56,527 bases of DNA, filler included, from Sphacelaria rigidula (GCA_964200075.2; 6 parts of 6 records of this genome joined end to end with filler, not necessarily neighbours in it); one strand, 5' to 3'. Counted from the first letter of the whole stretch, positions 28,212-41,715 are shown. Program-made: numbers and translations. Notes: generated by a model from the sequence alone, not told the origin.

Positions 28212-28316
28212 GATACNNNNNNNNNNNNNNNNNNNNNNNNNNNNNNNNNNNNNNNNNNNNTTAATTAATTAANNNNNNNNNNNNNNNNNNNNNNNNNNNN
28301 NNNNNNNNNNNNNNNN

Positions 28317-28390
28317 GCGCGGGTCTTGAGGGAGGCGACGTCGATGGTCTGATGACTATGGCAAGCATGATCATGAGTACACCCCCCCCG
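28317..28390 (-). repeat. Fragment of SINE-like family A, at the contig start
   Basis: Reverse complement of gggtgtactcatgatcatgcttgccatagtcatcagaccatcgac. Confidence 0.7.
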
Positions 28391-28660
28391 CCGCCGCCGC
28401 CGCCGCCGCCGCCGCCCCTTGTGCGTCTCGGGCGTGTGGAGCAGGCCAAGACAGTTGAGCTCTCGGGAGATGAAGTCGTCCATTGTTCCAACCTTTTTGT
28501 TTCCACCATTTTGATCAATCATCGTCCAAAAGCGTGGATTCGTCACCATGCCGATCATGCCATCGTCCATTGCTGTTCATTCAGAACACAATTCTGCCAT
28601 CATGTTTCTACAGTCGTTACAACATTGTCCATCTCTTCAGGCCTTCTCATGAAGCATCAC

Positions 28661-28828
28661 CTTATGACTGGACATGGGCGCGACGTAGGAGGTGTACTCT
28701 TGGGGGATGGAAATGCCTCCCGGCTTGAGGAACCTCTGCGCTCCGTCGAGGCACTCGGGAGACAGCTCGTTATCTCCCCATGAACCCAGCAGCTCGGAGA
28801 CCAAAATATCAGCCTTCTCGGTGGGTTC
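28661..28828 (-). CDS. PRMT5: Protein arginine N-methyltransferase 5 exon: [56 protein letters not shown]
   Basis: Double-E loop [19 protein letters not shown]; cag acceptor and gtgatg donor; phase 0. Confidence 0.95.
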
Positions 28829-29053
28829 CTGGTCAAAAACAAAAGGAAGCAAGCAAAACACGTGGCAACTGAAACAAACCACGTGAGACACGAATGTGAA
28901 GTAAATTGGAATGTAAAATAAGTGGTACCCACGAAAAAATAAAAACGGCGCGGAGTTCTGTCATGCCATCTACCACAACCAGTAAAATACTGGATAACTC
29001 AACAGCTCTCGTGACGAACGGTCTAAGATGACAACCAACACATCCTCACTGAC

Positions 29054-29236
29054 CCATTGGCGCATATCCTTGGCCACGATGGTCACATTCTCCCACTTGT
29101 CCATGACGACTCGGTTTCTCAAGGTTATGACAGCGTTGGGGTTCTTCTCCACGGCGTACACCTTCAGAGAACGTCCTGCGGTTTTCCCCGCCTTCAGGGA
29201 TGCTTGCACTAGCGGACCCCTCCCTGCTCCGACCAC
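29054..29236 (-). CDS. PRMT5: PRMT5 exon: [61 protein letters not shown]
   Basis: SAM-binding motif I ([10 protein letters not shown]) and post-I (YAVEKNPNA); canonical splice sites. Confidence 0.95.
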
Positions 29237-30468
29237 CTGTGAGCACACACCAAACGCACCACAAAAGTCATGCAGAGATGGAGGGGAAAGCATCAATGTA
29301 AGGAAGGTGGTTGAAAAGTCACCTCAAGAAGGAAGTTCTCTACAAATGGGAAATGTGCAGATGAACACACAAAGGGAACATAAAGAACAAGAGCACAGCA
29401 TGACGTAAGAATGGAATGGGGAAACGAATCGTACAGAAATATGTGCTGGTACGTTTATTTAGTCATCGTGCACCGGCTGTGCAATGTGCATACAAGAAGA
29501 ACAAAAAACACCGGGAGCGCAAAGAGATCCGAGGGGGGAAACGACGAAAATCTGCACGGTGAAACAGCAGCAAGTGCATGAATGTGATGCTGACCACAAA
29601 GCGATGGCACCAAACAAACCAAATAACACAGATGGATAACGACATAAGCATCATCATTCTGCGTGAATACGACAAAAATAGATGCTTAAACGAGTCATCC
29701 TCCAGTAGACGGTTGGCAATTTGTCCGCAAAACAGCAGGGTTGACGGACATCGCGTCCCACGACACTCCTCTAGACTCATCCTTCAGTAGCACCCGTTGG
29801 TGGGGTAAACCATTGTCAAGGTACCGACATGTCTCTTGACTATGTTATCGACATCAAGACTTCTCCAAGTATGCTCTACGGCCTCAGGCAACCTCTCCAT
29901 TTGCCTATTTTGGGGAAACACTTGGTCGGAACCCACTCCGCCTACCGTAGAATGGCTAAAGCATGCCAGTCTACGCACTTCAAGGGGGTATCAAGTACAA
30001 TACACGTGGGTGCAAAGATAGCTCTTTGTCCTGACCACGCCCACACACGCGCGACAAGACATAGCTTCCTCCGCATATTTCTGAGAATGTTCTTTACCGA
30101 ACGGAGTTACTTCATTACCACCAAGCCAACAAATAATCGATCACTCAACTCGCACGACCCTCCCCAACAGCTCTCAACGCTTCAAATATTCCGGTGAAGA
30201 CTAAACAGATCAGGAACAACGTGTCTCAAGTCACTATTATACAGTACCATGCAGTGAGCCAACATCACACCTCACCTTCGACGGTTGAAAAACATTTCAT
30301 CATTCAGAACATACACACAATCTCAAGCGGGACCTGGTAATAAAGCGCACACCAAACGTTCATCCTCACGGAAAGACAAAAGGCGTTCTATGTTTTTGCA
30401 ATTCAAACTCTTGCGAACAAAAGGGACACGGCCATCTGAATAGCGTCGGGGTTGGCGGGTGCGTTTAC

Positions 30469-30623
30469 CATGAGTACGGTTGTCTTGTCTGCCGGCACTT
30501 CCTCGAGGGCCTTCACGACGGCTTTTTCGTACTGGCTGTACTTCACAGGGTCCTTTTCGAACGCCTCGTACGTTTGGGACTCGAGGTTATCCATTAACGG
30601 CTGCAGGGGGGCCTGCAAGTAGT
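30469..30623 (-). CDS. PRMT5: PRMT5 exon: (D)[51 protein letters not shown]
   Basis: [20 protein letters not shown] signature; tcag acceptor and gtaaac donor. TIM-barrel exons were not located. Confidence 0.95.
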
Positions 30624-32501
30624 CTGATTTTTCAACAGACGCAGCAAAACATAGACATAGACGAGAACACGCGCACAGCGGCGGTGAGAATCAAGCCTCT
30701 GGTTACAACGACGAAGTGTGACTACATAAAATTATCTGCCTCCTCCCCCTCCCCCCCAAAAAGAGCAAAGTATTCAAATTGATGTATCCATTAGTCATCA
30801 CAAAATGTTTGTTTCGTATTCGACTCGTTTAGTTGTTCTAATTTTTACTTGACAAAATAGCTCAAAAACACCCTTTTTATATAAAAAAACGTTCATGAAA
30901 CCATTTCCATGATTTCTCTTGCATTACCCCAGCATACCTTTCCCCGTGCACTATTTACGTTCCTATGCGATAACTCTCCAATAACTATACTTTGAGCCAT
31001 GTTTTAAGGAGGCTAGGCACTTTCCGTAGTAAACCGTTGTTACTTCCTTAGTTTCACGAATTTCTCGAGTGTTGCGCACCTAACCCCTCCCCGTCTTGAA
31101 AGGGATGCGTTGTCAATGGCCAAACGACTGAGGCAAGCAACAAATGAGTACCCCCCTCCCCCCGCAAGAAAGAGTGCTCTAAAACAATCTTGTAAACGGA
31201 CCATACATACACTGGCTGAGAAAAGATACGAGTACGATGAATACAAACGAACACGGGTGTCACCATCCACACGACTGTGGCGTTATCGGCGACCCGACGG
31301 CGACAGACACACGCGCCCGACGATAAAAGGCTTGTCTTCAGCGAGACGGCAAGTTTCGCGCACATAATCAAGAAGCGTTGCTGAGCTATTTGTTGTCCGG
31401 CTGGAAATGGCATCCGCACGCAGATACGATCATAGAGACCCACATTGCATCGATAAGCTCATCACACTACAAAAACGGCACCACAACACGCGAGACAGTC
31501 ACACACTCAAGATAATAAACACGGAGCACTGACGCTGGCTAATCCGACGCCAACAAGTTGACACAGCAAGTTGACTCATACGGACAAAGACGGACAGGGA
31601 CAACGAACGCACAGGCGTTTCAATATATGTACGTGTATCATTTCAATTGTCACCACTTTTGCCGAGTTTTCTCTAGCAGCAAGGCATTTTATCACGCGCT
31701 TTCTTTTCCAGCGCACGAGAAGGCGCAGCGGTACATTACCGTTCAGGTTTGGGTGTCATCTGATACCTGTGGCGCGTGTTCTGGCCACCGAAAGTCGCCC
31801 ACACTGGCTCTTTTTCGCGGGGTGTCGATCCCGAACCACAAAAGCCTCACCAAGAAAATGGAAAACTTCAAACGAGAACCCGAACCACAAAAGCCTGTTC
31901 CTGGAGGGGTATTTCTCCATCGTGATTTTCTTTGCGTTGTCGTTGGTTTGGGAACACGAAAACAGCGCTTATGCAGTGGATATCACAAAAACGTGAGACC
32001 AAAGCAGTTGGAAACACTTGAACATTGCCTTGGCTTTAGTCAGCAACAAACACAAGTCGACGTGAAGCCTCTGACACCGTCTTATCTGCGTCATGTGTGT
32101 CCCAGTTATGCAAGCTCAACAGTCCACAAAAGCGTGTTAAAGCTTGGTTATGAATTAGAACAAGTTGAAATAGAATGACGGTGTTGACACCCTACAGTCA
32201 TGCGAACGCAACAATCATTTTCGATCTACGTTGAACAAGACCACGGGCCCTGTCCATAGAAAACACCCCACCACGAGTAATGTCCCTAGGGTATCGTCTA
32301 GGCTGTCGTAGGAGATTTCGTTGAACTGTCTGTGTATCTTGGTAGCCACGGTGCCATGTCAACGCTCCAAGCTCAAAGCCAACGCACATGATGCCATCAA
32401 GCCCAGCGACAACATCCTGTGTCTCCTCAACGAAGAAGTCCTACATGCGGGGTTACACCATTTGTATATGGATCAATGATAAGAGCTGCTCGGAGATCGT
32501 A

Positions 32502-32865
32502 CCGGTCGCCCCGGTGACTCAGTTTGTGACCTCAACACCTTCTGACGGTTGGGTCGTGGGTTGAAATCTCGGAGCGATCTCCGATTTTTTCTCACACCAT
32601 GCCCAACAGTGGAGAGCGACTACGTCGTGGGTAAACAAAATTCGACGTAACGGTCGGCAAGGGAAAGAGACTGCTGAACTCCTCTCGCGATAAATGATAA
32701 AGGCAAGCACCGCAGAATGAAGGTGGGGTAGTAAAAGCAAATCAAAATCAAAAGCTCCTGTGTCGACCTTCCTCTTGTGTGACCGCGGCTGGTGCGCCCA
32801 CATATGCCGAAAGGTGTAGACCGGCGTCCAGAATAGATGGGACGACAACACAGACACAACACAGA
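32502..32865 (+). mobile_element. tRNA-derived SINE-like family B, near full-length copy
   Basis: Head ccggtcgccccggtgactcagtttg (A box) ... gggttgaaatctcgg (degenerate B box); body shared with 37754-37830, 47191-47398 and 52390-52661; ends in a CA-rich tail. Confidence 0.78.
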
Positions 32866-33472
32866 TCCATAAAACGTTTTCGATGGGGTCAATGTATGTG
32901 TGAAGCACTGGGATGTTTCCTGTCAGCTCTCGTGAGCATTGTCCTGTCCTCAACGCGCCGTCATATTTGAATTGACAGAGCACTCTGCTGTATCAGAGAC
33001 TAACTGGTAACAGGTGAGGTAGATACAGTCCTGCATACAGATCATTACTGTAAGCAGGTGACTCCGAATGTCCTCCATGCAGGGCTACATCATCGGCAAA
33101 ATGAACTGCTTCGACGCATTCCGATACTGTGGGAAGTTGCTCCCGTTATCATGTATTCTTGGCATGAGAGCTTCTTGGCACTTTGCCGTCGGCCTCAGTT
33201 CGAATTATCATGTTCCCAACCGACGTGTATCTGAGAGGTCCACGCATGAAAATATTTCGGGAAGTTGCTCCCGTGGAGCACGAGAGCTACTTGGCACCCT
33301 GGCACCTCAGGAATATCACACATGTTCTACGCTACCGATTAAGCCGTCGGCCTTCTGCGTGCGTGAGAGTAGAAAGGCGAGGCGCGACATAGTGCGCGAT
33401 GACAGCGCGGGTAAATGTGAAGGAGGTGATGAATGTTTTGCTCAGGAGACTTGTTGTGGAGATGTCATTTAA

Positions 33473-33570
33473 CCCTTAGACAGCGAGAGTAGGTCATCTG
33501 CTGAATCGGCATCAATTTCAATTGAAAAAAGTGTCGATGATCCAGATAGACTACCCTCATGGTCTAAGGG
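33473..33570. mobile_element. piggyBac-type MITE (98 bp)
   Basis: TTAA|CCCTTAGAC...GTCTAAGGG|TTAA. Confidence 0.85.
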
Positions 33571-33820
33571 TTAAGAACTATTATTCGATAACGGCGTGGG
33601 GGCTGCAGAATCCGAAGAAAGCATGCGGAAGAAAAAACAAAACAACGCTAACAGTGATTGAAATATCCACGAGCAGTGCCGCAAAACCACGCGAAAGGCT
33701 ATGGCTATTATAGCAAACATCCTGTCGTGCACACCACTCTTTGTTTGTTTCAACTATGCCCATGCGGGCGCTGACGCAAAATGCAAGTGCACGAAAGATG
33801 ACTTGAAGGAAACCTACGTA

Positions 33821-34035
33821 GTAGAGGTATCTCAAACTCGGCTCCCGGTATCCTGGTTTATTCGCTGGCTCTGAGTTGTGCACTATTTCTTCAAGTGAAA
33901 GTGATCGCGATTCATGAGAGGGCCTGACCTGGCGATCAAAGGGTCACACCACCTGATGAATCGGCATCACTTTCACTTGAAAAAATACAACAAAACAAAC
34001 CAGGATACCGGGAGCCGAGTTTGAGATACCCCTAG
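33821..34035. mobile_element. TA-flanked MITE with about 40-bp TIRs (Tc1/mariner-like or unclassified)
   Basis: ta|gtagaggtatctcaaactcggctcccggtatcctggttt ... aaaccaggataccgggagccgagtttgagatacccctag|ta, plus an inner inverted repeat. Confidence 0.8.
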
Positions 34036-34597
34036 TAAACAAAGAAGAGTTCGATCCCGACGTCCAACTCTGATCGTACAGATGAGAGTGCAAAGATCCC
34101 ATATTCAACAGAAACTACCGATGTGAAACGAACACAACGGGTGGTCGTGTAGTGAAGCGTGTGTGCATGTGGGGGTGTCGTGTCCAACTACAGTTGAAAG
34201 GGTCAACTTGCGATTACAGTGCATAGACACACAGTGTTTGCTGCTTGCATGATGTTGTGCACACAGACCAAGCTGTGATGCGGCATAACAAGATAAACCC
34301 GTCTGTTACTGCTGTCATCTGGCGTTGGCGTATGCGCCTGACTGACGCGCGCCTGACGGACCCAGCACGTCCCGCACTCGTGGGAATGATGCTTCCGTTT
34401 AGACGTGTGTCCAGTGCGTCGGGTCGGCTGGTGTTGAGGATTTTGGGGAGACAAGAAGTGTCCCATGCTCGGCACGCGTTCGTTGCTGACATGATGCTGC
34501 CTGCACAAACAGCCTGCACACAGATGAGGCTGTGTGCGTGCTAATTTGATGGATTGGCACACGACTTACGCAGTAGGGTACGCGTGGCGTGCCTTAA

Positions 34598-34699
34598 CCC
34601 TTTGACCGCGAGGGTAGGTCACCCGCTGAATCGGCATCAATTTTCACGTGAAAAAAGTATGCATGATCCAGATGGACTACCCGCACCGCTGTCCAAGGG
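34598..34699. mobile_element. piggyBac-type MITE (102 bp), second copy
   Basis: TTAA|CCCTTTGAC...GTCCAAGGG|TTAA; homologous to 33473-33570 along its length. Confidence 0.85.
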
Positions 34700-35048
34700 T
34701 TAATCCTCTTCACCCGAGTAAAGATAGCCATAAATCGGTACATCGACCAGCGGGTTACAAAGAAATCCGCAAAAGTGTGTAGTCGATTACAACACCTCCG
34801 CGGGTGTTGCTGCTGCTTGCTGCTGCTGTGTTCCTCTCCTGTAGGCCGCAGCTGCATGGCCACACGTTCGCCGTTCCGTTGCCACATTCGTTTCGTCACT
34901 ACCGAGCCTCAACTGTGAGTCTTTGTCGGAGTTAGTTGTCTCTGTGGCGTCGACTACAGACCTACCGAGCGTCGTGCATCGCCAAAAACAAGGGGGAAAA
35001 AAAGCTCATACGAGCTGGGCCAGCCTAGAGGCGGGTTTGAAGTTTGCA

Positions 35049-35326
35049 GGCCCATGCTCCCGTCAATATTTAGAGTTGGACCCTGAACTTTGGTATGGAC
35101 AATGGATAGGGCATGAACGAAAGTATTACGTCGGCACCAAAAGGGTTTTTTGTTTTTTTCATGAGTTAGGGGCATTTTACCGATGCCTGGAAACTGATTA
35201 TTGCCCTCAACTCATGGAGAAAATGAGAAAACCTTTTGGTGCCGACGTAATTTTTTTGCATGCCCTATGCATTGTCCATACCAAATTTTACGCTCCAACT
35301 CTAAATATTGGCGGGAGCATGGGCCA
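35049..35326. repeat. Long inverted repeat (arms about 125 bp, loop about 26 bp)
   Basis: ggcccatgctcccgtcaatatttagagttgga...catgagttaggggca versus tgccctcaactcatg...tccaactctaaatattggcgggagcatgggcc. Confidence 0.88.
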
Positions 35327-37109
35327 TTTCAAAACCGGGTCGGTAGAAATTCGGAACAGTATTTCGCAACCCACTCACCGGCCCATGTTTGGTTTTCGTG
35401 TATTGAAATTTTGCGTGGGCGCTCTCGAAGGCATAATTGACAAAATAAAGTGGGTCAGGTTGATTTTTTTCATTTTTTTTCACTAGTTCAAGGCGTTCTA
35501 CTTTGGTAAAGACCATTTCTTCACGAGAACGCCCTAACCTCTACGAAAAGAAAAAAAATGAAGGCCCATTACTTATCTATTTTGCATTTGTTTGTGGTTC
35601 TTTATGCTAACTTTTAAATCACAATTCTGAGAATTGAGCTCAACTATTGAGACAAGGTCTAACAGCAGTGTACATTTCTCCTCGAAACTCCACTAAAAAC
35701 ACGAAAAAAAATTAAATTAAATTAAATAAAAAGTAACAAGCTGTTTTAGAATTTTCATGGTGCACTAGCGGTTCACGACACGAGATTTTATGAAACAACT
35801 CTTTAAAACTGAGACGCGATATCCAGATTTCGGGCATCTAGTGCCTCTGCTCGTAATATAGTGAGTGTAGTATAGAAACTTATGTGCGCCATATCTCGGG
35901 ATAGATTACGAATTAGGTGAAGGTGAGAGTATCTATCGTCTCCCCTTGCTCCAGAGAATGTCCACACCAAAATTCGTCGCCATCCGCTAAATGCATCGAT
36001 CTGGAGCTTCATAGAGGTTTTAGTGTTGGCGCTATCTCCCTCAGGTATAGGAATTACTAGACATGGAGTTAAATCAAATATGGGCCCAAACTTTTGAGCA
36101 GATGGGCACCTTCCCCTTGATTAGACGTTCAATACGATATGCGGATCACGGCCCAACTCGTCTGTGTCGATGAGATATTGTTGTTAGAGATTAAATCCGT
36201 CTTTAGGCTACTGGCCCAGCTCGTACGACTTTCAAGTAGTACGACGGGCGACGGGCATACTTCTGTGGGTATTTCATCACTGTGATTTACTGGAAGGTAC
36301 ATATTCTCCCACACAAATGCCTCCATAATATGAAAATTAATAACACTGATATATGTTTGACTTGCGTCACCCCCGGGAGGCCAGAACCAACCTCCCGAAG
36401 GGGAACCTTGTAAAATCTAGTATTTCAGCTTGTAAACATTGTTGAAAGCTGGATGACATGCACACGGCATTCAAACAATGACACCTATAGTGGAATCCCT
36501 GATCGTGCACCTAATTTATCAAAAGACTGCGGCAGGATACTTGATTCACTTGAGCGGTTATCGATACTTACAAACGTGCTCAAATATCGGCCGTCTTTTC
36601 TCCTCCTCTCTTACACCCAAGACTCAGTGAAGGCTGTGAGAGTTGACTACAAAAGACGACGCCTGCCACGCTTTGGGAAGTCGGGACTATCGACTTTCGA
36701 AAGCGGCTAACATGAAACGCACCACTCACCAGCAGTGATTCATTTTTCAAGTCGACTGACAGCGGACTGCTATTGTAATTGTAATGGTGTAATTGTAAAG
36801 CTCCCTTCACCTCAAGAACCTCAAGAACCTCCGTGGTGTCCAACTTGTCCTGAGGTGCCTGGAAACGAAAAGAGTAAGGGGTGCGATCAGCTCGAGGCTG
36901 CGAACCAATCGTGAGCTTGTGTAACGTCTCGCACCAAACTGCTGCAGTGAATACACCATGACTTCACTACTTTGGATACTACTTGGAGCAAGCTGTGTGG
37001 GCTCCAATCCTCACGGCGGAGGCGTTTCTCCTGTGGCTCCCGTCATCCAAAAACGTGAGCATGTAGGCGAGGAGGCAAACAAAACTCGATTTAAGTTGAG
37101 GGGCTGCCT

Positions 37110-37352
37110 GCCTGCGGGAGTGCTGATAGTCATGATCCAATTATCGATAACAAAGCGTAAGGAAAGTACTTGAACCAGGGGGCAGATGAGTTGATCGATC
37201 CTTCGAAACTTCCAACTATTTCTGAGAGGGGGGGAGTGTACTCACGATATTGCATGCCATAGTAGTGAGACCGTTGATTTCGCATCCCTACAAAGCGGGG
37301 ACGGAGAACGCCGGGTTTTCGCTGGACCCGGCTAGAAATCACCAAGCGCGAT
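37110..37352 (+). repeat. Diverged internal fragment of SINE-like family A
   Basis: tgcgggagtgctgatagtcatgatccaa...gtgtactcacgatattgcatgccatag...cgcatccctacaaagc...accaagcgcga matches 51919-52150. Confidence 0.72.
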
Positions 37353-37753
37353 GCGCCACCATGTTTGCACAATATGTGGACTCACAACTTACAGCGCGTC
37401 GGTCTCTTGTGATCCGGTGGGTTATGGAACATTGAACATTGTTGTACTTTTGCGATCTCGGGACTGGTGTCAGGGTCAAGCTAAGCTCTTTCGCCACCAA
37501 CGGGCGGTTGGCGCATCATCGATGGATGGTTCAAGCAACGGATACAGTACTGGTCGTCACGCATAGAGAATTAGGTACAAAACAGTAATAAATAGCGGAG
37601 AGACTCGGGAACCATTTCCGGGGAGAAGGGGGCGTGGTCGTTGTGGCGTCCGTNNNNNNNNNNNNNNNNNNNNNNNNNNNNNNNNNNNNNNNNNNNNTTA
37701 ATTAATTAANNNNNNNNNNNNNNNNNNNNNNNNNNNNNNNNNNNNNNNNNNNN

Positions 37754-37830
37754 CACACATATACCGAGAGGTGCAGACTGGCGCCCAGAATAAATGGGAC
37801 GACAACACACACACACAACAACACACCCAC
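37754..37830 (+). repeat. 3' end of SINE-like family B, at the contig start
   Basis: cacatataccga..ggtg.agac.ggcg.ccagaataaatgggacgacaacacacac. Confidence 0.75.
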
Positions 37831-40437
37831 CATATACTACTTTACTGACTACGGTGCAATACAGGGCATTCTCCTGCCCGCGTGTATATTGCGGATTCAC
37901 AATCCGGCAGTAGCATCATTGAGGGAACGTTCAGCATACCGGAATATTTCGTTACCTCCTCCTACTACAGTAATAATCAATAACCCCACACATCCACTAT
38001 TATACAACATACAAGACAAACAAAGCTATCGGTACTGTTGTTATATAACATTAATCCCCCGCGGTAAGAACAGCAGTGTGCTTTCAACTGTTCAAGTACA
38101 AGCGCAGGGTGTTGTTCCCGAGGTTCGCCGTGTTGAAACGAGCGCCCGGATACAATCTGTCGTCCTGGCCTTCTGAGTGCTGCGATGTATCATCCGTGAC
38201 TTCAAACAGTAGATAGCCGACTGAAGCTAGGGATCGGATTGCACCACGCCGTCTACAGCGGTTCAGACTACTTCGCTAACCCTTCGCGACTGAAAACCTG
38301 CGCGACACTCAGCGAGCGCCACCTATTAAACCCAAAAGGATTGGACGGGAGTTATCGATGAAGGAGGGGGAAGGGGGGGGGGACTCGCTGACTTCAGAAA
38401 TCGGGTCTTGACATGCATGGCCACACGAACTTACATATCACAAACATCAGTCTCCATTGTGTAATAGTATTAACGGTACAACAGTTGGTACTCTGGATCA
38501 GAGGTAAAATGCATTCAACCCGTCCTTGAACGACATATGTCTTTTTCGGAACAGTTACCGCCAGCATATCCCTCCGTGTGCCGTGATCCTCAATTCCCGA
38601 CTCATCAACACATCCAGAAGAGCGTTCGTGTTCAACCAACGCCGCTATTTCCCACCTTCTCCTTTGTCGAGTCAGGGATCCAGTGATGAAACATACTCAC
38701 GGGGGGGGGGGGGGGGTCGATGGGTGAGTGGCATGTGGTGTGCGGAGGGGCAAGAAGCCACCCCCAGGGGCCGCCGGAGGCCTCCAACGGAGGAACCTCC
38801 CCCTGAGGAAATGGTTTTGGGCGTAGTGCTCAATATTGGGTCACTTTGCCTCCATTTCTGATGCGTAGGCGGCCTTCCAAGAACATGGGTTTTACGGAAG
38901 GGGCGTGAGGATACACAAGAATAATGGTTTAAGTACTGTTGTAAGGGACCCTTTTTTGTATCCAGTCCAGAACTCGATACCATATTTTTTGTCGGAATGG
39001 CACTGGAGTCGACACGAAATCCGTACGACCGTTCGCGGTCAGGCCCGCTGTTAGCTGTTAGGCCGTGTTTGAACGAGGCAACAAAAGTAAGGGTGGTTTT
39101 GTGAGAGTGGTGAATGAAGTAACGGTTCTCAACATCCATCATCGCAAGAAAGGAGGCGTCATTCTTGTCGGGGGGGAAAATGATCGTACTGCAAATGCAG
39201 TGACGGTAGCAACACACGAACAGACCAGCGATTCCTGGCAGAGCAGCAATCACGCGCGAGGTGTAGTAGTACGGTCGCGGGCGGAAACGGGGACCGCCTC
39301 CCGCACGAAAAGGAGAAGAAGCAGCAGAAGTAGTAGCAGCAGCAGCATCTTCATCACCCGCACATGTATGTGTACGGTTGGGCGTAGGGCTGAATCAGCC
39401 GTTGCCGGTACTGCTGCTCCTGCTCTTGCTCCTGCTCCTGCTGTTTCTCTTCCGGGAGACGGTCTGTGTTTCGATCGTATCACAACGCCCACGCACCTTG
39501 CGCCTGACTTCCACTCTGCTGTTAATCGCTGGTCCGTACTGCCCGGCGATGGGTCCTTGTTCACTAGGCGAAGTGCTCGGAGATGTAGCTGCAGATCGTT
39601 CTCTTCGGGAGCTGTGCACGTCGGGGATGTATCCGACGCGTGGATACTGCTGGTGGTGGGAAAGCCAGATGTGCACCCCATGAAGAGTCGAACAGCCCAC
39701 GCCTTGCAACCATGTGACGTTCCTATTCGTATTCTCACGCGAGTGTCCCCATCCGCTCTCACCAAATTAATTCCCGAATATTTGATTTTCGTGATTTTTT
39801 CAACACATTTTTTTCGATCGAAAAAAAAGCGGTGGAATCGAGTTTAGCGAAATTCACTCTTTTTTCTCGAATCGGGTCGAAGCGAATTTTCAAGCTTTCG
39901 ATCGATGAAAGACACTGAAGCTCGTGAAGCGGTATTTTGTCGCTTGTGTACGGGGTGTACAGTATTGTGACAATCTTTACTTCCTGCACTGCAGTGTGTG
40001 TGTGTGTGTGTATGTGTGTGTGTGTGTGTTTCGTATAGTAGGGTGTGAACACGAAGCGAGCAAAATGCGGTACAGACAGTGCAGGACTATCTGTCCTCTC
40101 TGCTTACATCGCGACGTGAAAAGGACCTGGATTACGTGAGCCTTGTACTGCCTACACTGTCCACAAGCGTGTACGCAACTCGGTTGCCCACCGTACTGCG
40201 CAATTCCGTCGCTGATCCCTACTGTACCATGAAAAATGATCCTCAAGTTTTCGCCAACAAACGATGAACATGGCATACCCAACTACTGCAGAGTATCTAT
40301 CCCTGTGCTCAATGTGGCAGGTTTGCGGTGGTAGTTTAGAATGAGTTGTGTGGGGTTCGCATGTTTCTGTGAACGGGTGGTATCTGGCGTGGCGGTCTTC
40401 AAGATAGGAGTCAAGTACCCCCTCGTACCTTTCGACC

Positions 40438-40620
40438 GCGTGTTTTCGATCGAAAAAGCTTAGTTTTATTGGTTCTCAAGTCTTCTACGCGCTCCACTAA
40501 TGGTATGAACTAGTTGAAGCTAACTAGGAACAGAAATATAGTTGACCTATCAGACTGAATTTTTTCTTTTCCACTGCGCTCTTCTTCACGAGAGAAAATG
40601 TGCTCAGGCCAACTGTAATA
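40438..40620 (+). repeat. Dispersed repeat, also at about 46108-46290
   Basis: ttttcgatcg(a/g)aaaagctta...tcttctacgcgc(t/g)ccactaat...tagttgaagc...taggaa.agaaat...atcaga in both copies. Confidence 0.7.
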
Positions 40621-41367
40621 AGTGCCGTTCAAAGAAAAAAAATCAAACGATTTTTTTTTACGCTACGATTCTCACCAGGGACCAAAACACACACTACTAT
40701 GGCACAAAGTTGGGGCTGCACTTATAGGTTGAAGTTGGCGTGATCTATGAATTGCGCACCTACCTGTACAACAGCACCCCTACAGAAGACATTACGGTTT
40801 TGTCAAGAACATTTTGTTCCCTTCCATCTGTACAGACCGCACCAGCGGTGGTTCAGCATCTCAGGCAATTTCCAGCTTAGACCAAACCATTTCCATAGAA
40901 ATCAGAGTCACTACAGTAGGTACAATGGCAACTACGGCATGAAAATGATGGACTTGGGTACCAACTGCAATGTTGATTTTACAAACGACACAACGCATCC
41001 AACACCCCATGATGGTGGCGTTTTCGTTAGTGTCTGGACCTGTGTACTGACCGGGACACAACAACAGCACTGCAGCTCAGGCAATCCTCAGCGCAGACCA
41101 AGCCGTCCTTGCAGGGCACCACACTACCTGTCAGCTATAGGACAGGAATGCTGGCTTCGCGCACTAAAGATCTTCGTTGCGAAAGACACAACGCATCCAA
41201 CAAACACATGCTGTGTAGCATATTCAACTTCGATAAGACAGCACTTGCCTGCCGACAGCAGTTCGTAACACAAAAGCAGCACAGCAGCTCAGGTAATTCC
41301 AGCGGAGACATCCATTCAAAATTGTTGAGAAATAAAACCTGAACGGCTCCTATACGAGTCGGTCTAA

Positions 41368-41715
41368 GACCGCTTCTCACAGTCAGAAAACGGGATCTCT
41401 AAGATTGGGCTCCGTCTGAAAGGTTTGCTGTGCTCTCCACGAGGGCGCATTTTCCCGACTTTTCGTACGCCCTGTTTCACTTGTCGCCGGATTCCCGATT
41501 ATTTTTGTCGCCTCAAAAATCGGGAATCCGGCAAAAGTATAACAGGGCGTACGAAAAAATGGGAAAGTGCGCTATAATCCTCTTGGGAAGCATATCAAAC
41601 GTTTCCGAGGAAACACGATTGCACCAAGGCCCGTATGCCGCTAAACATCCGCGATAATGGGCTCAAAACGGGCAGTTCTCAGAGAGTCCGTTTTCTGATT
41701 TATCAAGAAGCGGCC
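41368..41715. mobile_element. PIF/Harbinger (Tourist-like) MITE
   Basis: TAA|GACCGCTTCT..TCAGAAAACGG ... CCGTTTTCTGA..AGAAGCGGCC|TAA; 3-bp TAA TSD; internal hairpin at 41445-41572. Confidence 0.8.

Noticed and set aside
28345..28360. CTGATGA as a hammerhead ribozyme core in SINE family A
   Set aside because: No downstream GAAA or stem II, and other copies read CTTATGA.
31558..32178. 206-aa plus-strand ORF
   Set aside because: Composition looks non-coding; it is antisense to the PRMT5 upstream or intronic region and has no motif.
39065..39847. 260-aa ORF and overlapping antisense ORFs
   Set aside because: Low-complexity, open on both strands, with no recognisable domain or splice support.
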